Of a DNA stretch of 64,000 nt, positions 58,055-64,000 are shown one piece after another. Both the position numbers and the translations under genes were made by a program. The notes beneath the pieces were generated by a model, which did no database searches, was not told the DNA's origin, and saw only the letters and a list, made by a program, of their open reading frames with translations. Position 1 is the stretch's first letter. Every line of letters begins with the position of its first letter. This stretch comes from Candidatus Cloacimonadales bacterium. Lineage in GTDB: Bacteria; Cloacimonadota; Cloacimonadia; Cloacimonadales; JAIOQZ01. The stretch lies in the NCBI GenBank assembly GCA_963665815.1, contig OY762463.1, positions 1,184,001-1,248,000 on the forward strand. The letters run 5' to 3'.

Positions 58055-59104
58055 CTATATATCAGTAAGTCTCAGCTTACAGATTTCGTATTTTCCATTT
58101 TCGTTTTTCTTGAATCCGTAAATATCGTTGTTACTGAACATGATTTTCTCGTAAAAATCAACTCCAATCCTGCAATGACCAACTGCATTTCCATTACAAT
58201 GATACATATCGAAAAAGCGACCATCCTCATCCTGAGTCCTTACCCATAAATCAGTATCATGTCTGACACCAATAGATTCTATTGCATTGAAGTACATGTA
58301 TTCACCGTTAATTTCATTGCTGCTGACTGTCTGAAGAATATTACTTATATATCGTACATGTTTCACAGCATTTTTTATCTCTTCTTCAGTTCTCCTGACT
58401 CTTGAGTATTTTTTCTTAATTGTCCTCTCAAGTTCACCCTTGAAATTGTATTTTAGAATCTTGTATTCATCAATACTTCTCTCAACAATATAGACTCCAT
58501 CAGAACACACTTCAGAGATTAATGAACCGGTAAGATTGTAATTGTTCAGAGCTGAATAACTGCTGGATGATATTACATCTTCATTATTGAATCCTCTATC
58601 AACAAAGGAAACTTTGTTCTCAATTATTGATTCCTCTTCCAGAATAACAGGTTTGGCATAATTTATCAATTCTCTGTTTTCGATACTGTGCCTGCTGAAA
58701 ACTAAGTTTCCAAATGCAGAGCTAAATGTATCTTCAAGATTTCCACTCTCATTGAAATACAGAATCTCGTTTTTATAGCCATTAACTACAGCAAGAGAAT
58801 TTCTGACATGATCAACGAACATGCAGACAGGTCGATATTCTCCGTTTCCTTCAGAGTTATCAATAGTGAAAACCTGTTTACCAGTAAGATCATAACAGTA
58901 AATTATGTCCACAACAGGATCAAGAAACACAATTAAATCATTAAACAATAATGGATTATGAATATTCTCAAAAGTATCCTGCGATATCGCCTTCTCAACA
59001 ACAAGTCTATAGTTCGCAATATCTCTTTCGTGTTTTGCATTATCCGTGCAGGATACAAGCAATATAAAAGTTATCAGTAGAAGAAATTTCATAGCTGTCT
59101 TCAT
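58055..59104 (-). CDS. 6-bladed beta-propeller lipoprotein, paralog 6
   Basis: Lipobox LVSC; EGNGEY variant of the GxGPGE motif; start at the ATG after GGAG. Confidence 0.7.
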   Translation of the reverse strand: MKTAMKFLLLITFILLVSCTDNAKHERDIANYRLVVEKAISQDTFENIHNPLLFNDLIVFLDPVVDIIYCYDLTGKQVFTIDNSEGNGEYRPVCMFVDHVRNSLAVVNGYKNEILYFNESGNLEDTFSSAFGNLVFSRHSIENRELINYAKPVILEEESIIENKVSFVDRGFNNEDVISSSSYSALNNYNLTGSLISEVCSDGVYIVERSIDEYKILKYNFKGELERTIKKKYSRVRRTEEEIKNAVKHVRYISNILQTVSSNEINGEYMYFNAIESIGVRHDTDLWVRTQDEDGRFFDMYHCNGNAVGHCRIGVDFYEKIMFSNNDIYGFKKNENGKYEICKLRLTDI

Positions 59105-59114
59105 GAAGTCTCCG

Positions 59115-60368
59115 TTAGAATTTCCCCAGTATTGATTCATTCTTCATGTTCTGAACATCAATTAACTGCTTTAGATAAGTCTGTTTGACTCTTGCTAAAT
59201 CTGTTTTTGCTGAAGTAAGACTATTCAAGGCATTCTTTAGTTCTAAAAAATCCAGAATACCTTTTTCGAATTTCAGTTTTGCCAGAGCACTCTTCTTCTC
59301 CAGCAATTTGATTTTATCTTCCCTTATAATTATTTCTTTCACTGTTGCATTCAATAGATTAATCATGTCATTATATTTGTTTTGCTGTTCTACCAGCAGC
59401 TCATTATATTCAAGCTTCTTTCTTTTAAAAGCGTTCCGTTGTATCATGAAATTGAAAAAACGGGAAGGAATATCAGTAAAAGGAATACTCATGTATATTG
59501 CATATGAATCCTGATCGGGCTCATCTACAAAATCTCCTGAAAACTTGTATTTTCTGGATTTCGCTTTTCTGAAACTGTAAGAAACACTGATATCCGGAAC
59601 AAAATATGACACTGCCTGATAGTAACCAAGCTTTTCTGCTTTCTGACCAAGAACATTACTCTTCAGTTCATAAGTATCATCAATATTGATTCCATTTGAA
59701 TGAACAGAGTATTCCATAGCAGGCATAGTGAACTCATCATGAGGTCCAAGATGTAAACCGGTTACTTTGTTTAATTCTTCTAAAACGCTCGTTAACTCAT
59801 TCTCTAACCTGTTTAATTCCAGTTCCATATTCTTTTCTTCAATCTGTGCCGAAAGCAGATCAAGCTCACTCCATTTACCTGATGAAATTGCCGTTTGCAG
59901 AAATGCAACCTGAGTACTGTAATAGTTCAGAGTTGCATTGTATTGAGCAATCTCGGATTTTAACTGAACAACATCTGCATAATATTTAATGAGCTTTATA
60001 ACTTCTGCTTTGTATATTTTGTTTTTTTCAAGTTTATACTGTTTTAACTGGTTTCTGGTAATAAAATAGTTGAAAAAGCGGGAATCGTTAAGATCATAAC
60101 TAAGGTAAAAATCCGAAGATCTCTGATATCCACTCGTTGTCACATTATCATATGTATTTTCGATAAATCTTCTGCTGTATGAAAATGAAGGCAAAAGAGA
60201 AAATACACTGTTGTAATTCCTGTATTTATAATCTTTCAGAAGAAGCCTGTCTCTTTTCAAACTGAAGGAGTTATCTTTCATGCTTTTAACACATGCATCA
60301 ATAGTTATGCTATTTAAACTCACTGCAAATAATACAATTAGAAAACCTGTTAAAATTATTCTCTTCAT
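59115..60368 (-). CDS. TolC-family outer-membrane efflux protein
   Basis: Signal peptide; twice-repeated helical unit (SGKWSELDLLSAQ, FEKGILDFLEL); located in an RND operon. Confidence 0.8.
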   Translation of the reverse strand: MKRIILTGFLIVLFAVSLNSITIDACVKSMKDNSFSLKRDRLLLKDYKYRNYNSVFSLLPSFSYSRRFIENTYDNVTTSGYQRSSDFYLSYDLNDSRFFNYFITRNQLKQYKLEKNKIYKAEVIKLIKYYADVVQLKSEIAQYNATLNYYSTQVAFLQTAISSGKWSELDLLSAQIEEKNMELELNRLENELTSVLEELNKVTGLHLGPHDEFTMPAMEYSVHSNGINIDDTYELKSNVLGQKAEKLGYYQAVSYFVPDISVSYSFRKAKSRKYKFSGDFVDEPDQDSYAIYMSIPFTDIPSRFFNFMIQRNAFKRKKLEYNELLVEQQNKYNDMINLLNATVKEIIIREDKIKLLEKKSALAKLKFEKGILDFLELKNALNSLTSAKTDLARVKQTYLKQLIDVQNMKNESILGKF

Positions 60369-60406
60369 TTCACATTATCCCTTGATAAACTCAAAATTCT
60401 TATACC

Positions 60407-61477
60407 TTATAAAGGCTTATATCGGATTATAGCCTGTTCTTCATTATCAACCATGTAGATAAAACCTTTGTCATTTATGTAAAGATTGTTAGCTGATCGA
60501 TGAACAGGATATTTTTTCTTTATTACACCGTCACTTCCGTATACTTCCAGATATGAAAACGGCATACCTTCTTTATAATCTGCCTTGTTAGAGTCTCCCC
60601 AGACTAATGTAAGCACATAGATGTTTCCATCAGGAGATATTTCCGCAGCAGATGTAACATAATCAAAATCTAGAAATGTGGTTTCCCTTCCATTATTCAT
60701 CCCTTTTTTAAAAGCAACATCCTTCACATCAAAATCTAATTTCCTTGTAATCCTTGAATGAAGTCTATCTTCTCTGAAAACATCAATTTTGTTTTCAGCA
60801 TAAAATGCACTGATCACAGCACCATCCCGTACTGCTACTTCCGAAAGATTCTTTACGAAAGATTCCATCATCTGATCCGTTTTCACAGGTTCACCGAATC
60901 TTTTTTTAATCTTAAGACTATCTGAAACAACGTACAGGTAATTCTCCGCATAATCTCCGAACATCATCCCCTGATTTGTTGCAACAAGATAATCTGTTCC
61001 GTATGAAAAGATGAAACCTCCCTGATAGAAAGGTGATTTCATTGATCTGACATATTCACCATTCTTAGTGATCTCCAGAAATTTCTCATTCTCAGAATCC
61101 GCAATTATAATATTACCTTTTTCTGTAAAACACATATTGTTAGGCAGATTTACTTCACCAGGTCCCATGCCTTTACTGCAAAGCTGTGATACAAAATTAC
61201 CGGAAAAATCATACTTGTACAAAGCAGAACCTTTTTTATCCAGAATGTACACATTTCCGTCTTCATCCTCAAGGACATCTACAATGCTCTGAAAGTATAT
61301 ACTATCTTCAGGAGAACTTTCAAAAACAACATCCTGCACAATCAGAGAACTGTCTTCTACAGGAATATCATAGTTATTAATATATAGAACACCATCTTTC
61401 TCAGAAACATCCGCATGTGGTTTGCTGCAAGCAAACAACATGAAAGATAGCGTAAGGATAATCAGTAAATATCTCAT
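60407..61477 (-). CDS. 6-bladed beta-propeller (NHL) lipoprotein, paralog 7
   Basis: Lipobox LFAC; DEDGNVYILD; SKGMGPGEV; SPDGNIYV. Confidence 0.8.
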   Translation of the reverse strand: MRYLLIILTLSFMLFACSKPHADVSEKDGVLYINNYDIPVEDSSLIVQDVVFESSPEDSIYFQSIVDVLEDEDGNVYILDKKGSALYKYDFSGNFVSQLCSKGMGPGEVNLPNNMCFTEKGNIIIADSENEKFLEITKNGEYVRSMKSPFYQGGFIFSYGTDYLVATNQGMMFGDYAENYLYVVSDSLKIKKRFGEPVKTDQMMESFVKNLSEVAVRDGAVISAFYAENKIDVFREDRLHSRITRKLDFDVKDVAFKKGMNNGRETTFLDFDYVTSAAEISPDGNIYVLTLVWGDSNKADYKEGMPFSYLEVYGSDGVIKKKYPVHRSANNLYINDKGFIYMVDNEEQAIIRYKPL

Positions 61478-63999
61478 GATTTACTCCTGCTGATAATTTT
61501 ATATAGAACCGGTGTAAGAATAAGCGTAAGCAGTGTTGCAGCAGTAATACCACCAATAACAGTGATTGCCATGGCAGACTGTAGTTCTGCCCCGCTTCCC
61601 ACACCTAATGCAAGTGGTAACAAACCGAAAACTGTTGTAAAAGTTGTCATAAGAATAGGTCTTAACCGGACTTTAGCTGCCTGAACAATCAGCTCTTTTA
61701 CATCTTTAACACTGTCCCGATTCTGATTGATATAGTCAACTAGCAGAATAGCATCGTTCACAATTATACCCGTCAGAATGATAGCTCCAAGAGAAGACAT
61801 CACACTGATTGCTGTATTTGTCAGAGCCAGCGATAAAGCAATCCCAATCAATCCCATAGGAACCACGAACATAATGATAAAAGGCAGCTTAAATGATTCA
61901 AACTGAGATGCAAGAATCATATAAACCAGCATTACAGCGAATATTAGAGCGTAGATAAGAGAATTCATAGATGAAGAAATCTCTTTATTAACTCCTTCTA
62001 CGGCAATTCTTATGTTATCTGATTCAGGCATCATATCAATAAATTCATTACACTTTTCAATAGCTTCAGAAAGATCGGTATCATAGTTAAAGCTTATCTG
62101 AAGTTTTTTATTCTGGTCCGCTCTGTGTATCTCAGCTAAAGTAGTCTTCTTTTTCACACTGACCAGTAATCTTAACGGAACAGATTTATCTCCATAATGA
62201 ACATATTGCTTGAGAAGATTCTCCAGATTTTTCTCATCCGCAAACTTAAGTACAATGTCTATTTTATCATTGTTTTCACTGAAATCTGATACTTTGGTTC
62301 CTGTAATATGTGAACGGACCAAGTTAGCTATCTGAGTTACAGGGATTTCATACAAAGCTGCATTCTCTCTGTTGATTCTCAGCTCGAAAACAGGTTTTTC
62401 GTTTTCATAATTAGTGCTGAAGTTATGAAATCCTTTCACGTCTATGAGTAGTTTCTTCATCTCCTCAGCCAGATACTTCTGTTTCTCCAGATCCTCACCA
62501 TAAATGTTCACCTGAAGCCCGGACGCCTCTATATGCAGAAACTGAGACAGGATATTCGAACCTTTCTCATAGGTTATTTCTCCCGGGAATTTTGATGTAA
62601 TCTTCTCAAGATCATTTATCACTTCTGAACTCACTGCATCCTGATGTATCTTTACTTTGATTTCGGCAATATTCTTTGTAATAGCCTCATCAAGATAATA
62701 TGTTAATTTGTCCTCACTTGATTTACCAACGGATGTAAACCAGCTCTCTATTCTGCTGTCATCCTTAAGAATAGTCTCTATTCTTTCAGTAATCTCTTTA
62801 GTATGCTCAATTGAGATCCCTGAATCAAGTTTTATCCGAATAGAAAACTCTGACTGTTCAAAATCTGGAAATAGTTCAAAGTCCAATCCTATAAGCAGCA
62901 GGAATGCACCTCCCAACAATGCCATAAAAATAAAAAGAACTATAAAGCTGTTGTTAAGTGCAGTTCTCAGCAGATTCTCATATTTATTCGTAAATGCTTT
63001 AAAAAATTGATTGAATCCAGCAACCATCTTCTTCAAAATATATTGATAAAGGAGCTTCAAAAGGAAGTAAATCATGATAAAAGGATATATCGGAATTTTG
63101 GCGATTATCAGCAAAATTTTCACTATTTTTGATCTTACTTTCTTCGTCTTCTCCCTGGGATTTCTTCTTAGAGACATAAGTAGAGGCAGCAGAGTAACAG
63201 ACACAAGCAGAGATGATAAAAGAGAAAATGAAACTGTCAATCCCTGCTGTCTGAACAAAGATGAAGCCACTCCTCTGACAAAAAGAATAGGTATGAACAC
63301 TGCAAGAGTAGTCAGAGTTGAAGCAGTAATTGCCAATCCGACTTCCTTTGTTCCAAGAAAACTCGCTTTTGCCCAGGATAGTCCCTTTTCTCTGTATCTA
63401 TGTATACTCTCAGATACTATTATGGAGTTATCTACAAGCATCCCGACCCCTAAAGCAATACCCGAAAGAGAGATAATATTCAGTGTTATTTTACTGAAGA
63501 ACATCATAATGAATGTAATCAGTATTGAGGTCGGAATAACAACAGCTATCTGTAACGGATTACTCAAATCCTCCAGAAAGAAAAACAGAACAATAAACGC
63601 CAGAATAGCACCGATTATAATTGCTTCCAGTACACTTTTGATTGAATCTTCAACAAACACTGACTGATCTGAAGCAATATGAAACTCAATATCCTCATAT
63701 TCACTTGATATTTTCTTTAATGTCTCTCGTACCAGTTCACATACCTGAACTGTATTTGCTCCGGATTCTTTTCTGATAAGTAATCCAAGAGTTCTGGACG
63801 AATTGAAACTTGTTATACTGAAATCATCTGAGTAGGAAAATGAAACATCTGCAATATCTCCTAAAAGCACAGCATTCCCTGAACCTGTATTGATAATCGG
63901 TATAGCCTTTATAGATTCCAAATCCTCAAATTCACCCTTCATACTTATGCTGAAACGGTAGTGCCCTTCTTTTATAGAACCACCCGGAGCACTAAAACT
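61474..63999 (-). CDS. RND efflux permease; 5' end lies outside the window
   Basis: Frame stays open to the window edge (SFSAPGGSIKEG...); GMLVDNSIIV, YMILASQFES, RLRPILMTT. Confidence 0.95.
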   Translation of the reverse strand, partial: SFSAPGGSIKEGHYRFSISMKGEFEDLESIKAIPIINTGSGNAVLLGDIADVSFSYSDDFSITSFNSSRTLGLLIRKESGANTVQVCELVRETLKKISSEYEDIEFHIASDQSVFVEDSIKSVLEAIIIGAILAFIVLFFFLEDLSNPLQIAVVIPTSILITFIMMFFSKITLNIISLSGIALGVGMLVDNSIIVSESIHRYREKGLSWAKASFLGTKEVGLAITASTLTTLAVFIPILFVRGVASSLFRQQGLTVSFSLLSSLLVSVTLLPLLMSLRRNPREKTKKVRSKIVKILLIIAKIPIYPFIMIYFLLKLLYQYILKKMVAGFNQFFKAFTNKYENLLRTALNNSFIVLFIFMALLGGAFLLLIGLDFELFPDFEQSEFSIRIKLDSGISIEHTKEITERIETILKDDSRIESWFTSVGKSSEDKLTYYLDEAITKNIAEIKVKIHQDAVSSEVINDLEKITSKFPGEITYEKGSNILSQFLHIEASGLQVNIYGEDLEKQKYLAEEMKKLLIDVKGFHNFSTNYENEKPVFELRINRENAALYEIPVTQIANLVRSHITGTKVSDFSENNDKIDIVLKFADEKNLENLLKQYVHYGDKSVPLRLLVSVKKKTTLAEIHRADQNKKLQISFNYDTDLSEAIEKCNEFIDMMPESDNIRIAVEGVNKEISSSMNSLIYALIFAVMLVYMILASQFESFKLPFIIMFVVPMGLIGIALSLALTNTAISVMSSLGAIILTGIIVNDAILLVDYINQNRDSVKDVKELIVQAAKVRLRPILMTTFTTVFGLLPLALGVGSGAELQSAMAITVIGGITAATLLTLILTPVLYKIISRSKS

Positions 64000-64000
64000 T

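Noticed and set aside
57046-63667. Long antisense ORFs over the RND, TolC and other genes (e.g. 63074-63667, 57046-57474)
   Set aside because: Shadow frames of well-supported genes with no motifs or RBS; the same applies to the other short overlapping ORFs in the track

Overview
A low-GC bacterial chromosomal window from a diderm organism (TolC, Lgt, an outer-membrane barrel, MlaF), probably an anaerobic fermenter (AckA, EtfB, GlmL/MutL-type reactivase). A Cloacimonadota/FCB-like lineage is my impression, not something the sequence proves. The middle (16-52 kb) is mostly housekeeping: ackA, glmL-like, comF, purQ/S/B, pssA, a degenerate psd, lgt, an orphan etfB, sugar-nucleotide genes, serA, cobB, mlaF, mtaB, ridA, an MBOAT pair and a GH3. 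It also holds a short flagellar operon (flgB-flgC-orf-fliE-fliF-fliH-fliI) that lacks fliG and fliJ and carries a sigma54 motif before flgB and a sigma28 motif before fliE. Both ends of the window contain the same family of divergent beta-propeller lipoproteins (7 copies). On the left they form repeat-bounded cassettes between an NtrC-type two-component system and a sigma54-motif ABC exporter operon; on the right they are interleaved in an RND-TolC-RND operon. The first gene of the ABC operon carries a membrane-fusion-protein-like alpha-hairpin with an exact R-x3-L-x6-S TolC-docking motif, fused to Ig-like domains and a C-terminal membrane anchor, so it is a candidate new kind of periplasmic adaptor. 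Other highlights are an unannotated ~145-nt four-way-junction RNA with its own promoter and terminator upstream of ackA, a REP-associated tyrosine transposase with its REPs, and several pseudogene or deletion scars.
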